This document shows positions 51,813 to 64,000 of a DNA stretch of 64,000 bases, piece after piece. Positions within the stretch are counted from its first letter, which is position 1. Every line of letters starts with the position of its first letter. This DNA comes from Phoronis australis (taxonomy: Eukaryota > Animalia > Phoronida): NCBI GenBank assembly GCA_002633005.1, contig NMRA01000068.1, positions 384,636 to 448,635 of the forward strand, written 5' to 3'. The position numbers and the translations under genes are program-made. The notes below the pieces were generated by a model, which worked only from the letters and a program-made list of their open reading frames with translations, searched no databases and had not been told where the DNA came from.

Positions 51813-52027
51813 CAGTGCTGAACCATTAAAACAGGTCTCTAGCTCCGCAGCTTGGCCTTAATTTGTTCATTTGGCTATATGTGTTATTCATGTTTATTCA
51901 TGAATTAACAAAAGCAACATGGAGTGTAATTATGCATCCACTGAGTGCATCACATATATTGCAGATATAAGGGATGGTTGTTAAAATTTCAAACTTTCCT
52001 ACTAAAGGGAGCAATGATACTAAACTT

Positions 52028-52087
52028 AACAAAAGCAATGCGGAGCAGTGAAATGCACACTCGACAGCACCACAAACGGTGTGCTTC
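52028..52087 (-). mobile_element. Family A 3'-end fragment
   Basis: Reverse complement reads gagtgtgcatttcactgctccgcattgcttttgtt, like the other 3' ends. Confidence 0.6.
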
Positions 52088-52837
52088 AATGTTACCACAG
52101 GGCTATGAACATCTTAATTTCTGAAGATTGGTTAAAACACGAGTATGGATGTTTCACTACTGTAGCTTGACGCAGACTCGCTCATATTCCAGCTAGTTAA
52201 CCATGAACAGTGTCGTATTTTTAGCCAGTTTTGTATGCACGAAGGGATGCTGCCATATTAGTTGAAAAGAGTTGCACAAACAAATTTCTTTGTAGCATTA
52301 CGCAGTAAAAATTGGACGTCAAACAATGGAAATGTTCATTATCACATCTGACGCAGCCAAGTCAAGTTATTTTTTGAAATTCATCCTGGTACGGGAATTG
52401 GGGATAGTTAGGCCTATAAAAGATCTTTAACCCAGCCGCAGAGCGTCTAAAGCCGCGCACCGTACCAGTGACTGCTGGCAACTCATCGGGACTCAACTTT
52501 AACATCCTTCGCCGCAGAGATAACAACTCTTGGGCTGTCTCCGGTGAGTCCATTCTTTGTTGAATGATGTTTAGATAAAAATAAAATGTGATGTCATTTT
52601 CGCTTTACTTTGTGCAACTCTACTCTGGTTTAGTAGACCGACTACGCAAAGCATTATTTGACCAAGCTGTACTGAGAAATGGATATTGTGCCATGTAGAT
52701 GTTGCACATCCTTGCAATAAAGTTAAATAAAATCAAATAGTATTTACAAACTGGATTTACATACTAAATCAAAAATAAATAAATAAATAAAAAATTTTAT
52801 ATGGTATATACATTGGAGAGACAAAAAGGAGGGACAG

Positions 52838-53108
52838 CTATGACGACCACAGGTAACTAATGAGTTTGAGTCTGAAATCATCATAACGGTCAGCCTCCTT
52901 TAGACCATTTGGCAAGCTGTTCCACTGTTGAATGGCATACCAGTAAATAAAGAAGGACTTAGAGTAAAACGAAGTTCTGTGTCTAGGGAAAACCAAATTG
53001 TTAGAGGCAGAAAATTTTGTCCTGATTTGGTGGCTATTTCGAACAAGTACAAGGTTACGGGAAGTTGGTACATTGTTGTGAAAACAATGCATCATACACA
53101 AACATCTA
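52838..53108 (-). mobile_element. L2/CR1-group LINE ORF2 C-terminal relic (distal half)
   Basis: HQIRT..NLVFPRHRTSFYSKSF..QQWNSLPNGLK..FRLKLISYL; continues 56829-56958 across the inserted TIR element. Confidence 0.75.
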
Positions 53109-56100
53109 CGGTAAAGTCGCGTGATTTTCGGCCGGCCCGCCATTTTCGACCAAGAATAAATATTTCCGAAATCAGTTTTTCATAGTCCACGAAATTTGTA
53201 CAAGGTCCAAAAACTGTTTTTCAATGATCTTCGAATTTCGAACAATGTCATAAACGTCGGATTTTTGTCCGCGACTTTCGGACAAGGAAAATTTTAGAAA
53301 CGCTAATTTGGGATCGACGCAACTCCCGTGTCACTAAAGCGTTCAACGGATGATTACTACTCTATAAAGCTTGAATCTGAGAATTGGTGAAACGGGCTTT
53401 GTAATTTTTACCTTGTCTTGATGATGTCCTGACCGTTACTTGATTGTCTTGCGTTTAGCTTGTGTTTGGCGCTTTAGCTATGAAAAGAGTCACCGAGTCC
53501 CGCATGACGAAAATTTCTGATGAAAATACAAATGGGAAATACACCGAAGCCTGCAGTTTTTCGTTGTAGCGTAATATGTGCTCTGGTTTAATTAGACCGT
53601 GTTGTTCGACTTCCGACTGTGACATTGAACTTGCCCGCCTGACATCAACTTGCGTGTTTACGAAACGTTTTTATTTTTAAAACGTCCTGGCCTTTGCAAA
53701 TGTCCTTGTTAGTGGCTAAAATCTCCCGACGACGTGTCCGGATTTTATTCTCGACGTGATGAGAAATATTTTTTGTTTAGGCCCCCATACACAATAAGCC
53801 ACAGCTAAGTCTGTCCGTAGGATATCGCGCGTTCAATGTAGTGTAGATAGTGAACAGCAGCAGCCGAATGAGACGGAGCCAAAGTAAAGCTGGTTAAAAA
53901 TCAAACATAGTGCAAGGCCCAGCACTCAGAAAGGGGCGCGGCGCACATGCAATTGTTACAGAGACATTGCATCCCTGTCCTATGTTGTGTAAGTGCCGGT
54001 GTGCTATAACACATATCAAAAACTAATGTACATCCACGTAACCACGTTTCACTACCCTTACAAATTTTCTGTTGCTCTCTGATAAGCATCGCATATGCAA
54101 GAATCTCGCTAAAGAAGATAGTGTGATCGTGTGCTTCGTTTGCAATGACTCACCATACGGCTTGACGTCTTCAGTCTAGCCTGTTCGTGAGATTCTCACC
54201 CTTGCTCCCCTGGTCACAGACTAGGGTAGAGTTCAGTAGCTGTCTTGGGAAATACAAAAATCTAGCCAAAATCACGCTTTCAATTAAAAAACACAATACG
54301 TCACGTAATTTCATGAATTCTTGCTTTTTAGCGAAGTTCTAGCGTTACGAGCTTTACCCCAGATGTAAACCAAAAAAAGATTTAGCTTGCGGCGACCCAA
54401 TTTTGCTTGCTCATCCACTGGTCTGTGTACTTGTGGTCTTGTTAATTCACACCCTGTACCGTCTTAGGTACAACACCCTGAACTCCATGGTGTCCCGAGA
54501 TTAAGATGAATCCCGACAAGGACACCGGGACCCTGTGGCACTCTCTGTCTGCGGCGACTAAGAGAATCCTCCACCAATCATTTCGAAAAATGACAAGTCA
54601 GTTGAATCAGATTTGGTAGTCGTTGCTTCTTGTGGTCCTAGGGGTAGGCTAAAACGAATACAGGACCTGGAGTCCGATGCAACCGAGCTTGGAACCTGAT
54701 AGGTGTTTCCCGGACCCGGAGTTCCATATCTACTTTCCACAGGACCTTGTCTTCTTGTCCATGTTACCGCCTTCAGTTGATAGTTTTGAGACAAAAAAAA
54801 ACTTGATCTTAAACTACAGACCATGTTTTTTGTATTACTTAATATAGTTTTAGAGGCATTTCAGCTGTAAGTGTGTTTAATTGTGTTGACTGTTACATTG
54901 CTAATGTTCTATTTTTACCCGAGGTGATGCCTTACTTGCAGCAAGGGTAAATAATTTTGAGAAGTATTACCAGCGATTTCCGTATATAAGTTGGGGAAAC
55001 CAAAAGTCTTATGTAAAATACACCAGGGCCTATACTCAGCAATGCCGAATACACGAACACAGTATAAATACTGTAGCTCACCCTAATTATATCCTAGTGG
55101 GAATAGCATTATTTTTAGATTTCAAGCATGCATTTTTATTTTCAGATATGCATCCCAGGTATATTTTAGGGAAAACTTTAAGATACGCAAATTGGCCATA
55201 TATTCTGCTGGACTTATATACGGAAATCTACGGTGGATCTTCTTAAACCTGTAAACCATGAAAATTTCATTGAGACAGTTTTGTTCTACTAACATTTTCA
55301 ACTAACATTCTGTTCATGCAAGTCGGTCAGTACGTTCGCATTTAAGGCGTTATTGCAACAGGTAAGTGTTGTTTTGATTTTTGTTTGGTGTTTCCATATT
55401 TTATTTTGTTATGTATTCCTGTCTTCAGATAGTCACTGTTATTCTTCAACAACATTTCTGTACTTATAATGAGACTTCAGTAAACTCGCGACTGTTCATA
55501 CTTTAAATGTTAGCAGAAGTGNNNNNNNNNNNNNNNNNNNNNNNNNNNNNNNNNNNNNNNNNNNNNNNNNNNNNNNNNNNNNNNNNNNNNNNNNNNNNNN
55601 NNNNNNNNNNNNNNNNNNNNNNNNNNNNNNNNNNNNNNNNNNNNNNNNNNNNNNNNNNNNNNNNNNNNNNNNNNNNNNNNNNNNNNNNNNNNNNNNNNNN
55701 NNNNNNNNNNNNNNNNNNNNNNNNNNNNNNNNNNNNNNNNNNNNNNNNNNNNNNNNNNNNNNNNNNNNNNNNNNNNNNNNNNNNNNNNNNNNNNNNNNNN
55801 NNNNNNNNNNNNNNNNNNNNNNNNNNNNNNNNNNNNNNNNNNNNNNNNNNNNNNNNNNNNNNNNNNNNNNNNNNNNNNNNNNNNNNNNNNNNNNNNNNNN
55901 NNNNNNNNNNNNNNNNNNNNNNNNNNNNNNNNNNNNNNNNNNNNNNNNNNNNNNNNNNNNNNNNNNNNNNNNNNNNNNNNNNNNNNNTGCGTTTCGGTTT
56001 GTAACCAGCAGACAATGCATGGATACGTTTAACAAACATAAATATATGCTATGTTCTTGTCATTGTTTGTCACTTTCTTCATTGAACTCGTTCCCACATC

Positions 56101-56828
56101 CATTACTGTTACGTTTAATGCAAAATTCGTTAAAATTGAGAAAGCGCACGTTTTGATGGTCGGGAACCCTCTTTGTGCGCCGAATACGCAAGTTCAGCTT
56201 TTTATTGGGAAACCATGCGTTGACAGCGCAAACTCGGCATTTTTTATTGAGAAAACGCATTTTTACAAAAGAAAATCGGTTGTCTGTAACGTTTCATGTG
56301 CGTCAACAACGCAAACCAGACCCACTCATTGAAAAGCCCATATTTGTCACCAGGAAGACTCTTCACAACGCAGCCCGATATTTCAAGTGAGATAGCGCAG
56401 TTTTGAAAAGATTCCGTCACTTGCCGAGAACGGTTTGTGAGCATCGGCAATGCAAGCCGAATATTTCATATTAAGAAAGCACATCTTTGAAAAGAAGAAC
56501 CAACATTTGTTGGGAACGGTCTGTGTGCGCCGATGGCGCACATTTCTTATTGGGAAAGCCAGATTCTCAAAAATTAATCGCTCAGACCATTTGAGTCTCA
56601 TTTACCTGCAATTATACTGCTATCAAATGACCGAGCCAGCAATGTTGATACTACGACCGCTCATCGAAATAAGGTACACCCACGAAATTCGGACACTAGC
56701 GGAAACCCAAATTTGTAGGTCCGCCAAATTCGGACACCACAGAAATGATGTCTCGCGAGATTCGTCCAAGAATGAATTTTTACTATTGGAATTAATTTTC
56801 AGTGTCCGAAAATCACGCGACTTTACCG
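53109..56828. mobile_element. Family D TIR element (~3.7 kb including gap), TA target
   Basis: Perfect 23-bp TIR CGGTAAAGTCGCGTGATTTTCGG / CCGAAAATCACGCGACTTTACCG, with TA on both sides. Confidence 0.85.
55522..55987. other. Assembly gap (466 N)
   Basis: Run of n. Confidence 1.
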
Positions 56829-56958
56829 TATATAATAAAATATTTGTTAATAGGGAGCCACCCAGTTTGTGAAACATATGAGTTGATGGAGTGTCAAAAG
56901 GTACACCTAGAACAAGTCTGGCTGCCTGCTTCTGAGCCTTCAATAAAGAGGAAACCAA
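56829..56958 (-). mobile_element. L2/CR1-group LINE ORF2 relic (proximal half)
   Basis: KAQKQAARLVLGVPFDTPSTHMFHKLG, the typical post-RT LQKRAAR..TPS..LF..L motif. Confidence 0.75.
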
Positions 56959-57001
56959 TTTTGTATTGCATCATAACCACACTGTACTACAATAAACGAA
57001 C

Positions 57002-57068
57002 AGGGGGTCCAGTTTCCAATAGAATTCAAACCTACGACTTTGGGAGGCAGACACTCAAACCACAAGGC
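57002..57068 (-). mobile_element. tRNA-derived SINE head (second copy)
   Basis: Reverse complement matches 51745-51812. Confidence 0.55.
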
Positions 57069-58204
57069 GCTGAAATAATGCAGACATCCTTCTGTGGGAA
57101 GAAATGGTGATATACGCTGGAGAAAACCAAGATGCTGTCTAATTAAATTTACTCTTCAATACGCACCTGCGTATGAATTGTGTTTAATGGTACTCCTACT
57201 GTTTGATTACACCATTCAACGCAACTGCAAGCGACTGTGCTTGTCCCCGATTCTTTAAAAAGGAATGTTTTCAAGAAGAGACAAAACTGATAACACAGTG
57301 AGTATCCTCGCGTTCAGATTAAGTCACAAGTAAATGATTACAGTCTGAATTCAGCCCTTCGTGGCAAACTACAGAAGAATATAGTTGACACATGTCTAAA
57401 CAAGATTTTATGCCTAAACCTCCTTGTTTCCGAAAAGTAGGCCTACTCTGCATCCACAGCTGTCAACATGTTTTTCATCACATCATTAAGGTTAAACCAA
57501 GGAACTCCTTTAAAATCCTTTTGAAACGGCACTTGCTGTCCATCACGGAAGGCATAAATGAGAAGATTTTAAAATCATTGAGGACCGTGATGTATTAGCA
57601 CATTGGTAGGCGTGCATAGTGTATATTGCACTGTGTCCTTGTTAAATCAATTCAATAGTAACAGTAAAAGTAATATTAATAATGGTGATGGTTAGCCAAA
57701 TTCATGCCATGTCAGCCCGAAGGTATTTTAGAAGAGGTATATGAGAGGTGACGCCCAAAACAGCGTTTTTTTTCACAGCAAAAATACTCTCCAAAATGGT
57801 GCCATTTTTGACAACTTACTATCTAAAAGGATAACCTTTTCTGAATTTCTGGAACAGAATTGTGCAAAAATTACTCTTTAAATGGGTCACTTTTTCGTTC
57901 GAGCTCTCACTATAAATAGGTAGGTAGGTACCCAAATTTTCAGCTGGCACCCTCGTCCAAAAATACTCAAGTATCTCTAACCATGTCAGATACCACTTGT
58001 TCGTGATTTTGGTGGTTTACTGTGCGACATGATGTTGGCTTTCGAAATATGTAACAATGATACATTTCTTGCATGGGCATTCAACATAAAATGTAACAAT
58101 TAAGTAAAATGTACCAACTTGTTACATTTTAGGAGAGGCTTACCAACCTAAAATGTAACACTGACCTACAATGTACAATCATTTATGTTACATTTTAAGG
58201 GTAT

Positions 58205-60460
58205 CAGAGCACAGCTATAGTTAGACTGGTCTGAAACTCAGCTCATTTGTTGTCATCTCCAACTGAACAAATGTGCTAGATTTCACAAAACCTTGCAAAG
58301 GGTAAAGGAAATACTGCCCACATAAAACAAGATTGCCACTAGGGGGTACTAGAGTAGTTGAACATGTCCGAAAATCAACATTAGCCTTGGTCCTCCCATC
58401 AGGAACACATCTCCCACGTTTAATGATTCTTCAAGGGTTTGGTGGATGGAGAGGGTGACGTTAAAAACGTGCTGAAAATATTAAAATGGCCACCGGGAAG
58501 CGCAAAATATGCCAAATCCATCCGAAAATTGGAAGCGTTGTCACCAGGGGACACAGCATTCGTTGGACCAGTCCGAATGTTGTCATTGTCTGTTGTCAAC
58601 TTCATATGAATACACTTGCCAAATTTAATGAAGATCACGCAAAGAGTTAAGGTGATACGGCTATGAACGCAAAAAAAAACTGCCACTAGGTGCCATAGTA
58701 TTCGAAATCATCCGAAAATCATCGTCAGCTGTCCTCTTTGAAGTACGAACGCCAATTTTCACAATCATCCTTAGAGTGATTTGATTGATAGAGAGGCGGA
58801 CGCCAAAAACTCGAAAACAGTAAAAATGGCCACTAGGTGGCGCAAAATACCCTGAATTCATCCAAAAAAGTAAGGTAACATCACCTCACCAATAGAGATC
58901 AATTTGCCAAATTTTATGAAAATCCATGAAGGACCTCTGAAGATACAGAGGTACACATAAAAAAAATTAAATTGCCACTATGGGGCACACACGCAGTCAA
59001 ATCCGTCCAAAAATTTGCCACTGCCATATCATATATGAAAGGAACATACCTGCAAAATTTCATGAACGTATATCAAAGAGTTTTGGAGATAGAGCAGCGG
59101 ACGCCAGACGGGCGCCGGACTGACGTCAGATGGACGGTGATGACAGCATAATGTGCCCACATATTTACATGTAGGCGCATGAAAAATGTTCATTAGATGT
59201 CGAAGAATGCAATAAACCTGCCTGAATTGAAAAAGTGGCGTGGTCTCTGTAATACACAACTATTTGCCAAATTTCATGAAAACAAGCCAAGAAACTCCTA
59301 AGATATAGTGGCAAAAAAGAAAAAAAAATTGACACTAGGGGACACAACAATAATCCAATTGGTCTGAAACTCATTTTCATCTCTATAGCAGCTCATCTGC
59401 CAAACTTTTCAGAGATCCTTCAAAAGGAGATACAACCGCAATTGCAAAAAAATCAAAATTGCCCCTAGGGGGACCAGAATAGTCAAAAACATCTGAAAAT
59501 CAACATCTGGCTGAGTATTCGTATCAGGAACACAACCATCAATCTTGATAATGATGCTTTGAGTAGTTTGGCAGATAAAGAGGCAGGCGTCAAAAATATG
59601 CAAAACTTTTTAAATGGCCACCAGGTGGAGCAGAAAACATCAAATCTGTCCAAAAATGGGAAGGCAATGTCATCTCCTGAATAGTAATACTTATGAACTG
59701 CGAAGATATAGAGTCAAACGTAAAAAAACATTTTGTCACTGAGGGGCACAATGATATTCAGATTAGTCTGACACTCGTTACCATTTGTCGTAGGCTCCAT
59801 AGGAACACACCTTTCAAATTTCACAAAGCTCCTTCAAAGGGTTAAGGTGATTCACACTCAAACCAAAATTCAGATGCAAAAACCAAAATCACCACTACGG
59901 GGCGATACAGTAGTCAGACCAGCCTGAAAATCAACATCAGTTATGGGCTTCTCCTCAGGAACACATTCTGTAAATTTTCACAATGATCCTTTAAGCGTTA
60001 TGGCAGATAGGGAAAACAGACGCATCAACAAAAAATGGCCACAAGGTGGTGCCAAAAACATAAAATCTGTCTGAAAATGGAAAGGCACAGGCGTCTCCTT
60101 AATAGAAACCTATTTGCCGAATTTCATGAAAATATACAGAAGCAAGCATAAACAAGTGCAACGCAGAGCGTAAAAATGCGACCATGATCCACCTCAAATG
60201 GTGCACTTCTATGGGTGTTTTTCGTATCATAAAAATGGCCATTAGATGGTACAGAATGCATCAAACCTATCCAAATTGAGAACGTAGTGTTGCCTCTGTA
60301 AAACACAACTATTTGTCAAACTTCATGAAAATAAGCCAAAAAACAATTGACACTTAGGGGGCACAGCTATAGTCCGATTGGTCCGAAACTCGTCATATGT
60401 TGCCATCTCGATAAAAGCCCATCTGCCAAATTTTTCAAAGATCCTTCAAAGGTTAAAGAT
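58205..60460 (-). mobile_element. Family A cluster in SMPD4 intron
   Basis: 5' hairpin near 59150-59186, 3' end near 60150, repeated gccactagg/ggccaccagg motifs on +. Confidence 0.8.
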
Positions 60461-60468
60461 ATACCTAC

Positions 60469-60508
60469 CTTCATTCAGCAAATTGGCCAGGTTAGGAATG
60501 CACAGCAC
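60469..60508 (-). CDS. SMPD4: SMPD4 40-bp small exon (VLCIPNLANLLNE)
   Basis: Acceptor tttgtacag, donor gtaggt; resembles VFAQPNLAEMIQ; phase 0/1 links the flanking exons exactly. Confidence 0.8.
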
Positions 60509-61147
60509 CTGTACAAACATATCAATACTTTTATAGATAACACTGGGAAGCAACCGTGAATATGATACTTAGTTATTAAAAAGAATCGATTGACTGACAT
60601 TTTAATAAAATCTACACGACCATCTTGTTGCTGTAGTTTTCAACCTAAAGCTTTGAACCACAAGCCTTCTGTCAATTTTCAATGCCAAAAAACACTAACT
60701 TTAGAACTGCATCACTTACAGCAGCAAAACTTGTCCTCGCTTATACTAGACATGGATAAGTAAAGATCACCTGCAACATTCTGAGGCAGTGAAATGTCAC
60801 AACAAGTGAACAGACAATAGCTCAGTGGGAGTCATAAAAATTTGCACATTTGCGACATACACACCAACAGTTATTGGACAAATGACCCCAATTCCTCATC
60901 ATAATGACTGAGTATAAGTGGAACACACTGCCATAGTAACTGGTTGTTATGACCTGGGATGGCTGACCAGTAATGGTGAAGAATTTACCAGAGAGTGTAG
61001 TGGAAACACTCCTCAATAAAGAGGATTTTGCCATACTGACAGGTCATTCCCACTAATTTTCAATGTAAACGGAATTAAGTTGACAAGACAGGGAAATACT
61101 ATTTTGCCAAGATTACATTCCATGTGTACTGTACAATCAGCCTTTAC

Positions 61148-61271
61148 CTTTGTGACACGGAACAGCATGTAAGCATTCTTGGGCGAGGTGAGATCCATGC
61201 GGAACACTCTAGCCAACAGTTCGTGGAAAAGGTTAGTATAAAACAGCAAGTTCTCAGAGATGAACTGCAAC
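61148..61271 (-). CDS. SMPD4: SMPD4 exon
   Basis: LQFISENLLFYTNLF..RMDLTSPKNAYMLFRVTK; acceptor ttttgcag, donor gtaaag; phase 2/0. Confidence 0.93.
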
Positions 61272-62321
61272 CTGCAAAAACAAGTCAAACAATCAAAAGG
61301 ACCGTTGTACTACACTTACTCCTAGTCTGAATACTGAAATTTTCATACACACATACTGAACAAGGTTGCTGACATAAATATTATTACATGGCCAAGTCGT
61401 TAACACCCGTAATCTAGTGCCCAAGTGGATTTTGGCGAATTACCACCCGAGAAGCGTTAATTAAGAAACCCCAACTTATTCTTGTTCAAATAATGTTAAT
61501 ACTTAAAACCTATTGAAAATTTAAACAAAATAGAAATAAAGTGAACCTGTAAAATAAGTTTTAAGCAACTAGTCTTGCTTAATATACATCTTATCATAAT
61601 TAGCTTCCACCGTGAAAATATCGTCTGCTAATTAGGTTACCACTGGTTACTGAGTATAATGTCCAAGTCAAAATCTCGATGACACGTTACTCGCATTCAA
61701 ACTGGAGATCAATGATTTACAAGTGAGAGAAAATGACAGACATATTTTACTGAATTAATGATGTCGTTTTTATTGAAATTATGCATTTTGTTATTCACAG
61801 CGTATATTTATGTTGGTGCAATGCGATTATTGCGCGTGCTCATTTAAGTATTCTATTTCCATGTTTGATGACGTCAGTTGCTGAGTGGTGCAGTGGTGAA
61901 GTCGACGACTCGAAACTCTTGAGGAGCGGGTTCGAAAAAGGCCTCAGTTTCCCGCCAAAATGTTATTCAACGCGTGTTGAATAACTAAATGGGTTATTTA
62001 ACGGTTGTATTGGCTATTTCAATCTGATATTGTGGTATAATAAGTGCCATAGACAGATACTGCAACCATAGTAACAAGGCCATCCTTCAAAAGAGCATTT
62101 CACAGAGGCAAAGTCATAAATAAAACTGTGATAAAGTAGGAAATCAATGTAGCACTAGTGGTGTACTCTAGTGTCAACACTTTCAGAAAATATGCATTAT
62201 GAGTGAAACAAACTGCTCTCCTTTCTCAGACTTTACATATGCTTTACTCTCTCATTTTTCTTCATCTTCTATGTTGATATTAAATTTAATTTACTAAATA
62301 AATCCCATACAGATGCCCTAC

Positions 62322-62422
62322 CAGACACTGTCCACATGCTTCACTCTCTCTTCCTTGTCTTTACTCTGTGCTATGTCCACGTACCTCCATGGCTGAATAT
62401 AGCTCAACCACGTCTCTAGCAC
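62322..62422 (-). CDS. SMPD4: SMPD4 exon
   Basis: Hand translation VLETWLSYIQPWRY.., the SMPD4 motif WLSY.QPWRY; 101 bp, phase 0/2. Confidence 0.93.
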
Positions 62423-63128
62423 CTTTAATTAAAGACTCTCATTATGGTTACATTTCTTATCCAAACTATCGAAAATTAAATTTTGTTGTGCACTTCCAAT
62501 ACCCGTTTGTGAGTCAGTGGACTGAGTTAGGAACTACTTTCATGAGTGTAGCAATCTTGTTGATTCCATCTCATGTCAACATTTCTATGAATAACTGATA
62601 CAATGATTACCAGCAACAGAGCAGAGTGTCAGCTACACAGGACTTCCAAACCTCCTTGACAGTGCTTAAGGCCTGTGAACACAAACTGGAGAGTGCCAGA
62701 TGTTTACAACTCTAGCCTGAGCGCGTGGTGTCTTACAGTGAGATAGCTTTTTGGATTTCACGGAGCAAACATAATCAACTTAAGATGACCAGTCTGAGAA
62801 TAATCGGCCATTGTTTTCCTTCAGAGTGGATGATAAAATGTAAGAACCAGGATAAAAGGAATTAATGCCATAAACATATTTAAGACAATGAGTTATTTGT
62901 AATTTTAGCACAAAGAACATGAAAATGTGAGCTTTCCCTAGCAGTAACATAAGTATACAACTGACAGTTTATAGTGTGACTAAGTCGATAGACATGTTGA
63001 ACAAATGTGACTGACCCTTACATTTATGTCGAGTTAGCAGTTTTCAGAATCTTCATTAATGCGAGGGTCATTTCATGTGACGAGAAATCAGTGAGGTGAG
63101 CGTGCTGTCCTTTGCATTCTGTACTTAC

Positions 63129-63219
63129 CAGACGAAAAGATGAATCCAGGGGCCACCTGTCAAATGCATGACGAAAAAATGCATACATCTTCTTCTGCAG
63201 CATCTGAGTGATCACTGAC
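63129..63219 (-). CDS. SMPD4: SMPD4 exon
   Basis: QKKMYAFFRHAFDRWPLDSSFRL|gtaagt, the SMPD4 motif WPLD.SFR; 91 bp, phase 2/0. Confidence 0.93.
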
Positions 63220-63574
63220 CTTAAGGGTTGAAAGCGGAAAGATCATTACTCACCATAAACAAGAGATTTTTTCTTTATTGTACAGAGTACTGTAAATCAA
63301 GAGATTATATGACAAGTGATTTGCACAGCCATTGACTGTAAGCTGAACAAACTAATTGAACCAGACTAGACTTACAATATTCTTTAAAAACAACTGCAAT
63401 GTGACCTTACTTAGAAAAGTTAAGAGAAGGAGAAAACAGAATTTTTGTGAAACAACTGCATTGTGATATTACCTTGGGTCATCTTATGGTAGGGTCACAA
63501 CAAAACAGATTCACATAACAAGTCCAGTAAGATATAGCACTGATGATTCATTCTACTTATTCGAACCAGCTTAC

Positions 63575-63720
63575 TTTTTAAACTCGTCCAGCGATGTAGA
63601 CACTGGGCTCTGATAGGAGGGAAGGATGACTGCAGTACGTATACTGTTAACGAAGTAATGGATGTGCTTGACCATCATACGTACGACTCTCACATGATCA
63701 ACTGAAGGCATTACATGCTC
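63575..63720 (-). CDS. SMPD4: SMPD4 exon (most 5' exon in window)
   Basis: EHVMPSVDHVRVVRMMVKHIHYFVNS..SLDEFK; acceptor ttttccacag, donor gtaagc; 146 bp. Confidence 0.9.
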
Positions 63721-63880
63721 CTGTGGAAAATTACAAAAAAATATGTTCTGTAGTACGCAAGAATCAAAGACCGAGAAAAGAATTCAGATGATTGAATGTT
63801 TTAATTGTGCAACCATTAATTGCACAACAGACCAAATTGCTAAACATACGTCTACAGCAGGTCACATAATCACTGCTCTA

Positions 63881-64000
63881 CCGTAATCGTTCGGGTTAAC
63901 GCCCTGGGCGGTTAAATTGGCGAACCCAAAAAATCGGGGGTGGGCGGTTAACCAGACATGGGCGCTTAAACGTGAAATTTCAAGAAATCGGGGGGGGGGG
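63881..64000. mobile_element. Family C second copy, inverted, runs off window
   Basis: TA|CCGTAATCGTTCGGGTTAACGCCC..; reverse complement of ~9745-9860. Confidence 0.85.

Noticed and set aside
52362-52553. 63-aa ORF in a CpG-rich patch
   Set aside because: No recognisable motif or splice support; probably an unclassified repeat fragment.
54558-55100. Transposase inside Family D
   Set aside because: Only a faint PGPILS-like fragment near 55020; no HTH or DDE motifs can be supported.
55496-56039. Three 165-179 aa ORFs
   Set aside because: Artefacts of translating the N gap.
57700-58200. Small MITE-like pieces (aaaatgtaaca inverted repeats)
   Set aside because: Termini and TSDs could not be defined with confidence.
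60822-61034. ORF MAKSSLLRS.. as an SMPD4 exon
   Set aside because: No resemblance to SMPD4; exons 61148-61271 and 60469-60508 already join in phase.
61878-61950. tRNA gene (A-box TGGTGCAGTGG, B-box GGTTCGAAA)
   Set aside because: Anticodon and T stems do not pair; at most a decayed tRNA-derived fragment. tRNAscan-SE would settle it.

Overview
Eukaryotic (invertebrate animal-like) genomic DNA with spliceosomal introns and no prokaryotic or CRISPR features. It holds two convergent genes. On +, eight phase-consistent exons (4208-38354) encode a ~3,990-aa protein with ~50 C2H2/C2HC zinc fingers, mostly as spaced doublets, with one 7,044-bp exon. On -, ten exons (63720-42712) encode the C-terminal part of SMPD4 (neutral sphingomyelinase 3); its 5' part lies beyond the window. 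Introns are dense in mobile DNA: a Helentron/HINE-like family whose ~150-bp internal repeats each carry a CTCF-consensus-like motif and whose copies all lie sense to the host gene; three TA-flanked TIR families (one with a HIRAN-like relic); a Kolobok-like THAP relic; a Penelope-like relic; a deleted BEL/Pao LTR element with intact TSD; two LINE relics; tRNA-derived SINE heads; minisatellites; and a 466-N gap. Family calls come from motifs recognised by eye, not database searches.
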